From contig JAGWKM010000002.1 in assembly GCA_028865305.1 (NCBI GenBank), positions 3,236-67,235 of the forward strand: a stretch of DNA of 64,000 nucleotides. The letters are read 5' to 3'. Positions 42,588-52,764 of this stretch are shown here, one piece after another. Position numbers and translations under genes: made by a program. The DNA comes from Patescibacteria group bacterium (GTDB taxonomy: Bacteria; Patescibacteriota; Minisyncoccia; UBA6257; 2-01-FULL-56-20). Numbering within the stretch: position 1 is the first letter of the stretch; every line of letters begins with the position of its first letter. The notes beneath the pieces are model-generated. The model made no database searches and was not told the DNA's origin. It saw only the letters and a list, made by a program, of their open reading frames with translations.

Positions 42588-42710
42588 AAATCCTTATGCG
42601 AAGCGGATATTAATTTTTGCCCTTTTTATTTTCTAAGCGTTCACTCTCGACAAATTTGAAAAATGGCTCGCGCCGCTGTTCGCGTTTTTTCCCAACAAAG
42701 AAAAGCTGGG

Positions 42711-42875
42711 CTATCTTAACGGATTCCTTCCTTGGATAATGCGGATTAAAAACAGGATGATGGCCAAAATAAGCAGGATGTAAATAAACCACCCAATGGT
42801 GTAAACGCCGATGACGCCAAGGAACCAGAGTATTAAGAGGATGATGGCGATGGTTACCAACATGTTTTTCATCAT
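42711..42875 (-). CDS. small membrane protein (54 aa, lmo0937-like)
   Basis: Below the ORF-track size cut-off. Manual translation: MMKNMLVTIAIILLILWFLGVIGVYTIGWFIYILLILAIILFLIRIIQGRNPLR*. Confidence 0.65.
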   Translation of the reverse strand: MMKNMLVTIAIILLILWFLGVIGVYTIGWFIYILLILAIILFLIRIIQGRNPLR

Positions 42876-42972
42876 GCCCGAAAACAGATGAAATTAAAGT
42901 GAACGGAAACCGAGCTTCCGAAACGATTCAATTTAATGCTTTTTCTCATGGCCGCGATTTCTGGTTTGCCCA

Positions 42973-43515
42973 TCATTTCCCCAATATTTTCTTCCGATAG
43001 GTTCCCACGCCGAAAAAAGTAGCCAAGAGGAAAATCAGTGCCAAGAGCTGGAAAATCCAAAAAAGCAGGCTGAGTTGACTCGCGTGATATTCAAAGATCG
43101 CGGAATATTCGAAAAAGAGCATGCCGCCCGTCGCAATGATCATCGTGAAAGCCGCGCCATATTTTTCCTTTGACGGCGCGAGCCCCGCAACAAACGAAAC
43201 CGCCACGGCAAAAAGCGTCAAAAAAACGCCGAGGAAATAATGCAAAAACGGTAAAATGATGATCATTATAGCTGCAGCGAGCATAAGGAGAGATTGCTCC
43301 GTCAAAGCTCGCACGTTGCTTTCGTCCGCTTCCGCAAGCTCCTCTTTGGCTTTCTCCTCTATTTGCCTCGATTCATCCACTTTTTGTTCGATTTTCCGGA
43401 TAACGTCCTCTTCCAGCTGCTCGAGCTCTTTCGGCAGCCGGTCTTCGGCGTTATTGGTTGGCTCGGCCATGCGGACATCATCGCGCAAAGGAGTGAAGGC
43501 AAAATGAAAGCCCAC
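42973..43515 (-). CDS. hypothetical membrane protein with acidic coiled-coil N-terminus
   Basis: 180-aa ORF (GTG start; ATG MAEPTNN at 43470 is possible). Four hydrophobic segments in the C-terminal half. Confidence 0.6.
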   Translation of the reverse strand: MGFHFAFTPLRDDVRMAEPTNNAEDRLPKELEQLEEDVIRKIEQKVDESRQIEEKAKEELAEADESNVRALTEQSLLMLAAAIMIIILPFLHYFLGVFLTLFAVAVSFVAGLAPSKEKYGAAFTMIIATGGMLFFEYSAIFEYHASQLSLLFWIFQLLALIFLLATFFGVGTYRKKILGK

Positions 43516-43547
43516 CCAAAATGTTTTTTTTAGTTCGGATGAAAATA

Positions 43548-43576
43548 TTGAAAAAAACCGTTTGAATGCCTATAAT
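43548..43576 (+). promoter_or_regulatory. sigma70-like promoter of tRNA-His
   Basis: TTGAAA-N17-TATAAT, 14 nt upstream of the tRNA. Confidence 0.6.
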
Positions 43577-43590
43577 AAGGAATCGAAGAT

Positions 43591-43662
43591 GGCGTCTCTA
43601 GCTTAATGGTAAAGCTCCGCTCTGTGGCAGCGGCAATACGGGTCCGATTCCCGTGAGACGCC
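43591..43662 (+). tRNA. tRNA-His (anticodon GTG)
   Basis: Encoded G-1 (43591) opposite C73. Acceptor GCGTCTC/GAGACGC, anticodon stem CCGCT/AGCGG with loop CTGTGGC, T arm ACGGG-TCCGATT-CCCGT. CCA not encoded. Confidence 0.88.
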
Positions 43663-43760
43663 CTATTTTATCGTTTTATCCTTCGCGGCGGCGGATTGAT
43701 TCCGAAACGAACACTTCCTCTTCATCGAACATTTAACGGGTGGTTTGCTACAATTTATGA

Positions 43761-44411
43761 GTGGACAATCTGACGGCAAACGTGGCACTCCTCGCCGGCC
43801 AAAATCCGTTTTTGGCTTATTTTATTATCTATCTTGCGACTATTTTTCTTGGCAATATTTCGGCTTTTGTGAGCTTTTGGATTATCGCCCAGACGGGCCT
43901 TGGTATTCTCGGCTTTCCGGTTCTCGTGGGCGTCATTTTCCTGGCGGACTTCAGCGGCGACATGCTTTGGTATACGCTCGGCCTCAAATTGAGGAATACA
44001 AAATTCGGCGATTGGGCGAAACGGCATCTGCCCGGGCATCGGAAAGCAGAGCAGGTTCTAAAATATCATGGCAAATACTGGATCTATTTTTCCAAGTTCG
44101 TCTTCGGCTCCGCGCCGCCGGTTATTTTTTCGATCGGCTGGACCGGCATGCGGCTCCGCAACTTCATCAAAAATTCGATTTACTCCATTTTAATATGGTT
44201 GCCGATCCTGATCGGCTTGGCTTACGGCCTGGTCTCCGGACTTTCGCCGCTCCGCGCCGTTGATGATTTCAAAAAATTCGAGGGCAATTTCCTGATTGGC
44301 ATCGTGCTGTTTCTTTTCCTTAATTATGTCGTCGCGCGCGGGATCGCAAAGCTGCTCCGGAAATTGGCGAGAGACGGGGAACAAGAGGTGAATTTGACAA
44401 AAATAAAATAA
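43761..44411 (+). CDS. DedA/VTT-like membrane protein (tentative)
   Basis: 216 aa, multi-pass. The family assignment is by general resemblance only. Confidence 0.55.
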   Translation: MDNLTANVALLAGQNPFLAYFIIYLATIFLGNISAFVSFWIIAQTGLGILGFPVLVGVIFLADFSGDMLWYTLGLKLRNTKFGDWAKRHLPGHRKAEQVLKYHGKYWIYFSKFVFGSAPPVIFSIGWTGMRLRNFIKNSIYSILIWLPILIGLAYGLVSGLSPLRAVDDFKKFEGNFLIGIVLFLFLNYVVARGIAKLLRKLARDGEQEVNLTKIK

Positions 44412-44526
44412 GGAGTATACTTGGAATTTAACTGATGGAGTCCGCGCCCGACGCGGATTTTTTCAGCTTTAAGGTCAAAAAAATAAATAAACTCTGAATT
44501 CCGGATTAAATCCGGGGCGCATAAAA

Positions 44527-45765
44527 ATGTTGAATATAAAAGAATTAACCAAGGCCGTAAAGCAGGTTGCGGAGGAAAAAGGGCTCGAGCCGGAGAAAAT
44601 AATGGAGGTCATTGAGTCGTCTATCGCGGCTGCCTACAAACGCGAATACGGCGAACGCGGCGAGGTGGTAAAATGCAAACTCGATGAAAAGACGGGCTCT
44701 TTGCAGTTTTGGCAAGTGAAAACGGTGGTGGATGAGACGACCGTTCGATTCGTAGAAGAAGGGGAGGAAGAAGCCGAAGCGGCAAAGAAGCCGGAAGCTG
44801 GAAGCTGGAAGCTGGAAGCTGCCGAAGAGGCCGACAAACTGCCGCGCTATAACGAGGAGCGACACATCCTGCTTGAAGATGCCGAGAAAATAAAATCCGA
44901 TGCCAAGGTTGGTGACGAATTGGCCTTTCCGCTTGAAACCCATGAGGATTTCGGCCGCATTGCCGCACAGACGGCAAAGCAGGTCATCTTACAGAAGCTG
45001 CGCGAATCGGAGCGCGATTCCATCTTGAGGGAATGGCACGGCAAGGAGGGCCAGATCGTGAGCGGGGCAGTGCAGCGGTTCGAACGCGGCAATATTTATG
45101 TTGACCTCGGCCGCACGATCGGCGTGATGTTCGCAAATGAATCCATTCCGAGCGAACACTACCGCGCCGGCGAACGGTTGCGCTTTTTGGTGTATGCCGT
45201 GCAGGAGGATACGCGCATGCCCGGCATCATACTCTCGCGCGCAAATCCCAGATTCGTAACCGAGCTTTTCAACACGGAGGTGCCGGAGCTTGCGGAAGGC
45301 GCCGTTGAGATCAAATCGATCGCGCGCGAACCGGGCAACCGCACGAAGGTTGCCGTGGCTTCGACCGTGGACGGCGTCGATCCGGTGGGCGCGCTCGTCG
45401 GCCAGCGCGGCACGCGCGTCAATGCGGTCACGAACGAACTCGGCAACGAAAAGATCGACATCGCCGAATGGTCCGAAGACCCCGAAATGTTTATCGCGAA
45501 TTCGCTCTCGCCGGCAAAAGTGGAACGCGTGGAAATTTTACCGCGCCGCGAAGCCCGGGCATTCGTGCCCGAGAGTCAATTGAGCTTAGCCATCGGCAAG
45601 GGCGGCCAGAACGTGCGCCTCGCGGCCAAGCTCACCGGCTGGAAAATAGACGTCCGCTCGCAATCAAACCCCGATGAAGCCGTCGAAGGCGCCTCCGCCG
45701 GGGAAGACGCGGAATCCGGCCAAATCCCACCACAGGATGATGAACGGGAAGATATCATCGCATAA
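44527..45765 (+). CDS. nusA: transcription termination/antitermination factor NusA
   Basis: N-terminal domain (AVKQVAEEKGLEPEKIMEVIESSIAAAYKREYG), S1 (GQIVSGAVQRFERGNIYVDLG), and two KH domains (GALVGQRGTRV, AIGKGGQNVRLA). Confidence 0.95.
   Translation: MLNIKELTKAVKQVAEEKGLEPEKIMEVIESSIAAAYKREYGERGEVVKCKLDEKTGSLQFWQVKTVVDETTVRFVEEGEEEAEAAKKPEAGSWKLEAAEEADKLPRYNEERHILLEDAEKIKSDAKVGDELAFPLETHEDFGRIAAQTAKQVILQKLRESERDSILREWHGKEGQIVSGAVQRFERGNIYVDLGRTIGVMFANESIPSEHYRAGERLRFLVYAVQEDTRMPGIILSRANPRFVTELFNTEVPELAEGAVEIKSIAREPGNRTKVAVASTVDGVDPVGALVGQRGTRVNAVTNELGNEKIDIAEWSEDPEMFIANSLSPAKVERVEILPRREARAFVPESQLSLAIGKGGQNVRLAAKLTGWKIDVRSQSNPDEAVEGASAGEDAESGQIPPQDDEREDIIA
44793..44820 (+). repeat. perfect (GGAAGCT)x4 inside nusA
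   Basis: Counted four identical units. Encodes EAGSWKLEA within an acidic insert between the NTD and S1. Confidence 0.9.
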
Positions 45766-45873
45766 CACAGCAAAATCCCTCCTCTGAGGGATTTTGCTTT
45801 ATTTTCCTTGCTTTTTCATGAATTCAGCAGTATTCTTTGAACATCATAAGGTCATATAAAATTAAAAAACACC

Positions 45874-47862
45874 ATGTCTCCCATATCCTTTGCAATCGCG
45901 AGCGGCATCATCTCGGTCCTCTTTGCTCTTTACTTCATTTATAAAATTTCGCGGTATCCGGCGGGCGACGAGAAAATGAACGAGATCGCGCACGCCATCC
46001 AGATCGGCGCGAAGGCGTTCCTCAACCGGCAATATAAGACCGTAGCGGCAGTCGCGGTCGTGGTTGCCATCATCATCGGGATTTTCCTGAATATCGCCAC
46101 GATGATCGGCTTCCTGGTCGGCGCATTCGCTTCGGCTCTCGCCGGCTACATCGGCATGAATATGTCGGTGCGCGCGAACGTGAAAACGGCGGAGGCGGCG
46201 AAATCCGGATTGAAAAAAGCGCTCGCGGTGGCGTTTGAAGGCGGTTCGGTTACCGGATTGCTCGTCGTCGGTTTGGCGCTTTTGTCGGTTTCGATTTTTT
46301 ACGCAATCACGAATGACGTGACCGCGCTCATCGGCCTCGGTTTCGGCGGCAGCTTGATCTCGATCTTCGCCCGGCTCGGCGGCGGCATTTTCACGAAAGG
46401 CGCGGATGTCGGCGCGGATCTCGTCGGCAAGGTGGAAGCGGGCATTCCGGAGGATGATCCGCGGAATCCGGCGGTTATCGCGGACAACGTTGGCGACAAT
46501 GTGGGCGACTGCGCCGGCATGGCGGCGGACCTTTTTGAAACCTATGCCGTAACCGCAGTCGCGGCCATGCTGCTCGGCTCATTAAGCTCGTCCAATCCCG
46601 CCATCATTGCTTTGCCGCTCATGATCGGCGGCGTGGCGGCCATCGCCTCCGCCATCGGCGTTTTCTTCGTACGGCTCGGCAAGAGCCAATCCATCATGGG
46701 TGCGCTTTATAAAGGATTGGTTGCCGCAAGCGTCTTGGCGCTGCTCGGTTTTGCCTGGCTTGCAAATGGCGCAGCCGCGGCAGGCCTCTTCGCTTTCGGC
46801 TCGCTCTTTTTCCCGATGCTCGTCGGCATTCTCGTTACCGCTTTCATTGTTTTGATCACCGAATATTACACCTCGAAAAAATTCCGCCCGGTGCGTTCCA
46901 TAGCGCAATCCTCTGAAACCGGCCACGGCACGAACATCATCACCGGCCTCTCGGTCGGCATGGAATCCACCGCGCTGCCGATCATAGCCATCGTCGCCGG
47001 CATCCTGGTTGCCTACTGGCTCTCCGGCCTCTACGGCATCGCGCTCGCCGTCATGAGCATGCTTGGCATGACGGGCATCATCGTTGCCATCGACGCTTTC
47101 GGCCCGATTACCGATAATGCGGGTGGCATTGCCGAAATGGCCGGACTGCCGGATCACGTCCGCGAAGTGACCGATGCCCTTGATGCGGTCGGCAACACGA
47201 CAAAAGCGGTGACAAAGGGCTATGCCATCGGCTCGGCCGGCCTGGCGGCAGTCGTACTTTTCTCTTCTTATGTCCAGGCGCTTTCGGCAAAAGCCGGCGG
47301 CTTGGCAATGGTATTCGATTTGAGCGATCCCCGCATCATCACCGGCCTTCTGCTCGGCGGCATGATCCCCTATCTTTTCGCTTCAATCTCAATGAAGGCG
47401 GTTGGCAAGGCCGCAGGGAGCGTGGTTATCGAAGTGCGGCGGCAATTCAAGGAAATGCCGGGCATCATGCAGGGAACCCAAAAACCGGATTACGCGCGTA
47501 GTATTGATATCGTGACTCGGGCAGCGATCAAAGAGATGGTCGTCCCGGCACTTCTGCCGGTCGTCCTGCCGATCGCGGTTGCCCTCCTGCTCGGCCCCTT
47601 GGCGCTCGGCGGCCTGCTCGTCGGTTCCATCGTCACCGGTATTTTCGTGGCAGTTTCAATGACTTCCGGCGGCGCGGCCTGGGATAATGCGAAGAAATAC
47701 ATCGAGGAAGGCAATCTTGGCGGCAAAGGCTCGGAAGCCCACAAAGCAGCTGTTACCGGGGATACGGTGGGCGATCCCTACAAAGATACTGCCGGCCCTG
47801 CGATCAACCCGGTCATCAAGATCATCAACATCATTGCGTTATTGCTGATACCTTTCTTATAA
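45874..47862 (+). CDS. hppA: membrane-bound H+/Na+-translocating pyrophosphatase
   Basis: 662 aa. [39 protein letters not shown] and [14 protein letters not shown] motifs. Confidence 0.96.
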   Translation: MSPISFAIASGIISVLFALYFIYKISRYPAGDEKMNEIAHAIQIGAKAFLNRQYKTVAAVAVVVAIIIGIFLNIATMIGFLVGAFASALAGYIGMNMSVRANVKTAEAAKSGLKKALAVAFEGGSVTGLLVVGLALLSVSIFYAITNDVTALIGLGFGGSLISIFARLGGGIFTKGADVGADLVGKVEAGIPEDDPRNPAVIADNVGDNVGDCAGMAADLFETYAVTAVAAMLLGSLSSSNPAIIALPLMIGGVAAIASAIGVFFVRLGKSQSIMGALYKGLVAASVLALLGFAWLANGAAAAGLFAFGSLFFPMLVGILVTAFIVLITEYYTSKKFRPVRSIAQSSETGHGTNIITGLSVGMESTALPIIAIVAGILVAYWLSGLYGIALAVMSMLGMTGIIVAIDAFGPITDNAGGIAEMAGLPDHVREVTDALDAVGNTTKAVTKGYAIGSAGLAAVVLFSSYVQALSAKAGGLAMVFDLSDPRIITGLLLGGMIPYLFASISMKAVGKAAGSVVIEVRRQFKEMPGIMQGTQKPDYARSIDIVTRAAIKEMVVPALLPVVLPIAVALLLGPLALGGLLVGSIVTGIFVAVSMTSGGAAWDNAKKYIEEGNLGGKGSEAHKAAVTGDTVGDPYKDTAGPAINPVIKIINIIALLLIPFL

Positions 47863-47942
47863 TTTAATTCAGGAGTATGGAGAAAGAAGAATGGAGAATG
47901 GGTTGCCCTTTCTCCATTCTCCCTACTCCATTCTCCATCTCT
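47863..47942. repeat. inverted heptad arrays (GGAGAAT-type) between hppA and clpP
   Basis: ggagaaa gaagaat ggagaat gggttgc | cctttct ccattct ccctact ccattct ccatctc. AGAATGGAGAA pairs with TTCTCCATTCT. Confidence 0.8.
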
Positions 47943-48539
47943 ATGGACGAACACAACCAATATCTCATCCCGACCGTCATTGAAAAATCGACTTATGGCG
48001 AGCGGGCTTACGACATTTATTCGCGCCTGCTTAAAGAGCACATCATCTTCCTTGGCGGCCCGGTGACCGACACGCTGGCGAATATCGTTATCGCGCAATT
48101 GCTGTTCCTCGACGCCGAAGACAAAAAAAAGGACATTACGCTCTATATCAACAGTCCCGGCGGTTCAGTGACGGCCGGCATGGCAATCTATGACACGATG
48201 CAGTTCGTAAAAGCGGATGTTGCGACGATTTGCGTCGGCATGGCTGCTTCGATGGGCGCTTTCCTGCTTTCGGCGGGAGCGAAGGGGAAACGGTTCGCGT
48301 TGCCGAACTCGGAAATTTTGCTCCACCAGGTGGCGATCGAAGGTTTGGGCGGCCAGGCAACGGACATCGAAATTTCCGCGAAACATATCCTTGACATGAA
48401 GCAGCACCTGAACCAAATCCTCGCGAAACACACGAACCAGCCGCTCGCGAAGATCGAAAAAGATACGGACCGCGATTTTTGGCTCTCGGCAGAAGAAGCG
48501 AAAACGTACGGCGTGATCGACGAGATCATCAAAAAATAG
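47943..48539 (+). CDS. clpP: ATP-dependent Clp protease proteolytic subunit
   Basis: [31 protein letters not shown], catalytic [11 protein letters not shown]. The ATG at 47943 gives a canonical N-terminus. An in-frame ATG at 47877 would add 22 aa encoded by the repeat. Confidence 0.93.
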   Translation: MDEHNQYLIPTVIEKSTYGERAYDIYSRLLKEHIIFLGGPVTDTLANIVIAQLLFLDAEDKKKDITLYINSPGGSVTAGMAIYDTMQFVKADVATICVGMAASMGAFLLSAGAKGKRFALPNSEILLHQVAIEGLGGQATDIEISAKHILDMKQHLNQILAKHTNQPLAKIEKDTDRDFWLSAEEAKTYGVIDEIIKK

Positions 48540-48630
48540 CAGGCAGCCAGCAATTATCGGTCGGCAGTTCAAAAGGGCGCCGAAAAAACGACGCTTTTTT
48601 GCTGGCTTTTTTCATGCTAGGATATCGGTA

Positions 48631-49821
48631 ATGGAATCAAAACAGGAGCAAATCGATCGGCTGCTTTCGCGGAATGTTGAAAGTGTCATCGAAAAAGAAC
48701 ACCTGCGGAAAGCGCTTGAAAGCGGCAAAAAGCTGCGCGTGAAACTTGGCATCGACCCGACCTCGCCGGATCTGCATTTGGGCCACGCTGTTGTGCTGCA
48801 GAAATTGAAGGAGTTTCAGGATCTCGGCCATCAGATTGTTTTGATCATCGGTGATTTTACTGCGCGCATCGGTGATCCGACCGGCCGCTCGCAGGCCAGG
48901 AAACCGCTCTCGGAACGGGAAATCAAGGCCAACGAAAAAGAATATCTTAAACAAGCGGGCCTCATAATCAACATCAAGAAAGCTGAAATTTATCACAACA
49001 GCGGTTGGTTTTTGAAAGAAGGCGTAAACGGGCTTTTTGCCCTGACGGCCGCAGGCACCATGCAGCAGATGCTCCATCGCGGCGATTTCAAGGAACGGCT
49101 GGCCGCGGGCGGCGACGTGACCGTCACCGAGCTCCTGTATCCGCTTCTGCAGGGATATGATTCGGTAAAAGTCAGGGCGGATGCAGAGCTGGGAGGCAAC
49201 GACCAGCTTTTGAACCTGCTTGCGGGACGGAGGGTCCAGCGGCATTTTGGCATGGAGGAGCAAGATGTGCTCACGACGCCCTTGCTCGAAGGACTGGACG
49301 GCAAGAAGAAAATGAGCAAAAGCTATGGCAATTATATAGGGCTTACGGATGCGCCGGAGGATATGTTCGGCAAGACCATGTCCATTCCGGATCAGCTCGT
49401 TGAAAAATATTTCCTGTTCTGCACCGAACTGCCGGATGCCGAAATCAAATTGTCCCAAAAAGAAATGGGGCCGAAAGAATTTAAAGAACAGCTCGGTTTT
49501 GAACTGGTCAAGCTGTACCACGGTGAAAAAGCGGCGCACGCGGCCCGGGAACGTTTTGAAATGCTTTTTTCAAAAAAGGAGATTCCGGATGATATTCCGG
49601 AACTCAGGATTCCAGGGGGGAAACTCTCCGCCCTTGATCTCGTGGCGGCCTCCGGAGCGGCCAAAAGCAAAAGCGATGCCCGGCGCCTCATCGAACAAGG
49701 CGGCGTAGAATTAGCGGGAAAAACATTGAAAAATCCATTAGAGGTGCTTTCAATCAAGGGCGGCGAAGTTGTTAAAGTAGGGAAAAAGCGTTTTTTTAAA
49801 ATGGCGATAAGTAAAAAGTAA
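48631..49821 (+). CDS. tyrS: tyrosine--tRNA ligase
   Basis: HLGH (LHLGHAV) and KMSKS motifs, plus a C-terminal S4-like domain. Confidence 0.93.
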   Translation: MESKQEQIDRLLSRNVESVIEKEHLRKALESGKKLRVKLGIDPTSPDLHLGHAVVLQKLKEFQDLGHQIVLIIGDFTARIGDPTGRSQARKPLSEREIKANEKEYLKQAGLIINIKKAEIYHNSGWFLKEGVNGLFALTAAGTMQQMLHRGDFKERLAAGGDVTVTELLYPLLQGYDSVKVRADAELGGNDQLLNLLAGRRVQRHFGMEEQDVLTTPLLEGLDGKKKMSKSYGNYIGLTDAPEDMFGKTMSIPDQLVEKYFLFCTELPDAEIKLSQKEMGPKEFKEQLGFELVKLYHGEKAAHAARERFEMLFSKKEIPDDIPELRIPGGKLSALDLVAASGAAKSKSDARRLIEQGGVELAGKTLKNPLEVLSIKGGEVVKVGKKRFFKMAISKK

Positions 49822-49825
49822 CGGG

Positions 49826-49910
49826 AAAAAAGACAAGGAACAGGAAGTAAGAGACAAAGAACAAGAGATATTTGCCTGTGGATAACTTGAGTTGACGGGT
49901 TTTGTTGTCT
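49826..49910. repeat. heptad-phased purine array with inverted partner downstream of tyrS
   Basis: aaggaac aggaagt aagagac aaagaac aagagat ... gttttgt tgtcttg. AAGACAA pairs with TTGTCTT. Confidence 0.6.
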
Positions 49911-50022
49911 TGATAAACTGAATTCAGAAGCAATTATTTGCCCCTTTCCCAATTTCATAAGTAGGATTACGGTCAGTCCACTGACCGAACAATTCACTCG
50001 CCGGGTTTATCCCGGCACATCA

Positions 50023-50060
50023 ACGGCCCCTAGCACTACGCGGAGGCCGTTTCATTTTTT
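50023..50060 (+). terminator. possible terminator
   Basis: ACGGCC-(16 nt)-GGCCGT followed by TTCATTTTTT. Confidence 0.45.
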
Positions 50061-50155
50061 CTTCATGATCTTTTTCTGATGATTCTGTTATACTTTAAAA
50101 AGATTTCCGTATTATCACTGGCATCCCAAAGGTCCAACTTAAATTAATAAAAATC

Positions 50156-51457
50156 ATGCATAAAACAATTTCTTGGGTTTCCGGCCTTGCTCTGGTGGCG
50201 TCGATTGCGATCGCGCCGTCGCTTTCCTTTGCCCAAACCGTGAACTCGAGCAGTAGTTCAAACCTCCAGGCAGAGCTTCAGCTCATTGCTACTCTGACCG
50301 CCCAGGTGCAGCAGTTGCAACAGCAGTTGCAACAGATCCAGCAGCAGCGGCAGTCGGCGATCATGCAGCTCATAAGCACGTTACGCCAAGGTTCGACGGG
50401 CAGCCAAGTTACGCTTTTGCAGACCCTGCTTTCGGCCAGCTCCACGATCTATCCTGAAGGGCTTGTTACCGGCTTTTTCGGCCCGGCTACCGAAAGGGCG
50501 GTACAAAGGTTCCAAAGAGAGAATGGCTTGCCGCAGGTCGGCATCGTCGGTCCGCAAACACTCGCGAAACTGAACGAGTGGCTTAACGAAAATCCGATTG
50601 GCCTCGAAAATACGACTTCGACCGCGAATGTCTCGACCACTTTCATGGGCTTTGGCCACGGCGAAGGCAATGGGAATGGTTCGGGTGATGATAACCAAGG
50701 CGGGAACCAGAATGGCGGCGAAGGCAACCGCCTCTGCGCAATAGTTCCGCCGGGGCACTTCATTGCTCCGGGATGGTTGCGACACCACGATAACGAAATG
50801 CCGATCCTGCCTCCCTGCCAGATCCTGCCTCCGGGCATAACGGGGCAATTCCCAAGTTCTACGCCAAGCTCAACGCCGAGTTCTACGCCATTTACCCTTT
50901 CCGGCGTTTCGGCAGCCGCGGCAACGAGTACGGCTTCGGTCACGTGGAACACGAACATGCCCGCCAATTCGCAAGTGATGTATGGATTGACATCGGCATA
51001 CGGTTCAAGCACGGCGCTTGATTCGAACATGGTTACGACCCATACGGAAGCCGTTACAGGCCTCCTGCCGGGGACGATATACCATTTTGAGGTTGCGTCC
51101 GCAAATGCGTCTGGCACCATGGCGACGTCCTCCGACATGACATTTACGACCGGCGCGGTGGCTATATTGCCCGTAATCTCCGGCGTCAATTTCTCGGCGG
51201 CCAGCACGACGGCGCAGATCTCATGGAATACCAATACGTCAACTGACGGAAAAGTATTCTATGCCACGAGCTCGCCGGTTTCACTCACGTCCACGAGTAC
51301 GCTTTCCGTGAGTACGACGACCATGGCTACGAGCCATATGCTCGGCTTAACCAATCTGGCGACCGGCACGACCTACTATTTCGTCGTCCAATCGACTGAC
51401 GGTTCGAGCAATACGACGACATCAACTCAACAGTCGTTCAGCACGACAGCGCAATAA
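50156..51457 (+). CDS. secreted protein with peptidoglycan-binding (PG_binding_1) domain and Ig/FN3-like repeats
   Basis: Signal peptide, Q-rich coiled segment, GSQVTLLQTLL...GFFGPATERAVQRFQRENGL, and repeated T/S-rich beta modules. Confidence 0.8.
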   Translation: MHKTISWVSGLALVASIAIAPSLSFAQTVNSSSSSNLQAELQLIATLTAQVQQLQQQLQQIQQQRQSAIMQLISTLRQGSTGSQVTLLQTLLSASSTIYPEGLVTGFFGPATERAVQRFQRENGLPQVGIVGPQTLAKLNEWLNENPIGLENTTSTANVSTTFMGFGHGEGNGNGSGDDNQGGNQNGGEGNRLCAIVPPGHFIAPGWLRHHDNEMPILPPCQILPPGITGQFPSSTPSSTPSSTPFTLSGVSAAAATSTASVTWNTNMPANSQVMYGLTSAYGSSTALDSNMVTTHTEAVTGLLPGTIYHFEVASANASGTMATSSDMTFTTGAVAILPVISGVNFSAASTTAQISWNTNTSTDGKVFYATSSPVSLTSTSTLSVSTTTMATSHMLGLTNLATGTTYYFVVQSTDGSSNTTTSTQQSFSTTAQ

Positions 51458-51465
51458 ACAGAATA

Positions 51466-51541
51466 CAAAAACCGGCTTGTTTTTGGATGGAATGGGGCTT
51501 ATAAGTTGGCCTTATCCTCTCTAAAAACAAGCCGGTTTTTG
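51466..51541. terminator. bidirectional terminator: perfect 19-bp inverted repeat
   Basis: CAAAAACCGGCTTGTTTTT ... AAAAACAAGCCGGTTTTTG between convergent genes. A/T runs on both sides. Confidence 0.7.
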
Positions 51542-51560
51542 TCTTCCTTCGTTTACGCCC

Positions 51561-52280
51561 TTAATATCCGGCAAATTCCTCGCTTTTTATATAGTCATCG
51601 TCCACGCCGATGCCGTTCAGTGCGACCCTCATCGCCATCGTCATCGTTGGCGGCCCGGCAACGTAGTAAATGGGCTTTGCGATATCATCGAGATGCCGCT
51701 TCAGCATTTCTCCGTCGATATAGCCGGTTTCCCCGTTCCATTTTTGCTTTGAATTTTCCATGCCGGTCATGGTTCCGACGAGGCGGAAGTGCGGATTCTG
51801 TTTTTCGAGATCGCCGAGTTCCCCTAAAAAAGCGGCGTCTTCGGGACGGCGATTCGAGTAAAAAAGCCAAATCTCATGCGGCAGCTTTTCGTGCGCGGCA
51901 TTCGCAATAATGCTCCGGAACGGCGTGATGCCGATCCCTCCGGCAAGGAATACCGCTGGCCGCGAAGCATCGTTTTGGAGCGTCATGGAACCCATCGGCC
52001 CCTCCATCTGTATTTCGCCGCCAATCGGCATCGCAGCCAAAACGCGCTTAAACGCAGAATCCCGCATCCGCGTCGCGATCATAATGCGGTCTTCAAAAGG
52101 CGCTCCGGCCAAAGAAAACGTCCGCACATTTCCCTCCGCGTCCGTTTCCGGCGGATCAACCAGGGTGAAATCGCAATACTGGCCAGCCTTAAAACTGAAC
52201 GCCGGCGGTTTTTCGAAAAAAATCGCCTTGGTCCCCTCAGCAACGTCCCTGCGATCGAGTAATTTCACCTTAAATTTCAT
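51561..52280 (-). CDS. FNR-like FAD/NAD(P)-binding oxidoreductase
   Basis: RTFSLAG (RxYS-like) FAD motif and the GGIGITPF NAD(P) motif. Confidence 0.85.
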   Translation of the reverse strand: MKFKVKLLDRRDVAEGTKAIFFEKPPAFSFKAGQYCDFTLVDPPETDAEGNVRTFSLAGAPFEDRIMIATRMRDSAFKRVLAAMPIGGEIQMEGPMGSMTLQNDASRPAVFLAGGIGITPFRSIIANAAHEKLPHEIWLFYSNRRPEDAAFLGELGDLEKQNPHFRLVGTMTGMENSKQKWNGETGYIDGEMLKRHLDDIAKPIYYVAGPPTMTMAMRVALNGIGVDDDYIKSEEFAGY

Positions 52281-52320
52281 ATTCCTTGTTTATATTATAA
52301 TAAATGAAGGATTATTCGCT

Positions 52321-52689
52321 ATGCCTGGCAAATTCAAATATCAAGCAAGTGCCAATATTATTGTTTTGATTCATGTTTTTTGGACTCTGCTCCTGTTTGG
52401 CGGTGCTGTTTTTATGTTTTTCGCCCGCTGGTATGCGCCCTTCCAAATCGGCCTGATGTCCTTCACTTTGCTTATCGCAATTCCCTTCGGCCGCACCTGC
52501 CCGCTTACTCTTTTTGAGGAATGGTTGAGAAAAAAGATCAATCCCGACTACACCAATAATCGATCTTATATGGTCACTTATATTAATAAAATATTCGGGA
52601 CTAAGTTCAGTAGAAAACAAATCATTATATATAACGGCTGTTTTTATGTGGCTGCCTATATCGCCGCAGCCCTTATTTGGACCCATTAA
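52321..52689 (+). CDS. DUF2784 family membrane protein
   Basis: MPGKFKY... with the GRTCPLTLFEEWLR motif. The internal ATG at 52321 is used. The longer ORF 51910..52689 is antisense to the FNR-like gene. Confidence 0.7.
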   Translation: MPGKFKYQASANIIVLIHVFWTLLLFGGAVFMFFARWYAPFQIGLMSFTLLIAIPFGRTCPLTLFEEWLRKKINPDYTNNRSYMVTYINKIFGTKFSRKQIIIYNGCFYVAAYIAAALIWTH

Positions 52690-52764
52690 TGGTGCATTGT
52701 CGGTGCAAAAGCTGTTGATAAAAATAGGATTAGGGGGTTGCGCGGCTTATCCTATAATGAAACC

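Noticed and set aside
42610-42792. 60-aa minus-strand ORF (GVYLHPAYF...)
   Set aside because: It overlaps, in another frame, a much more convincing 54-aa hydrophobic ORF (42711..42875) resembling the lmo0937 small membrane protein family.
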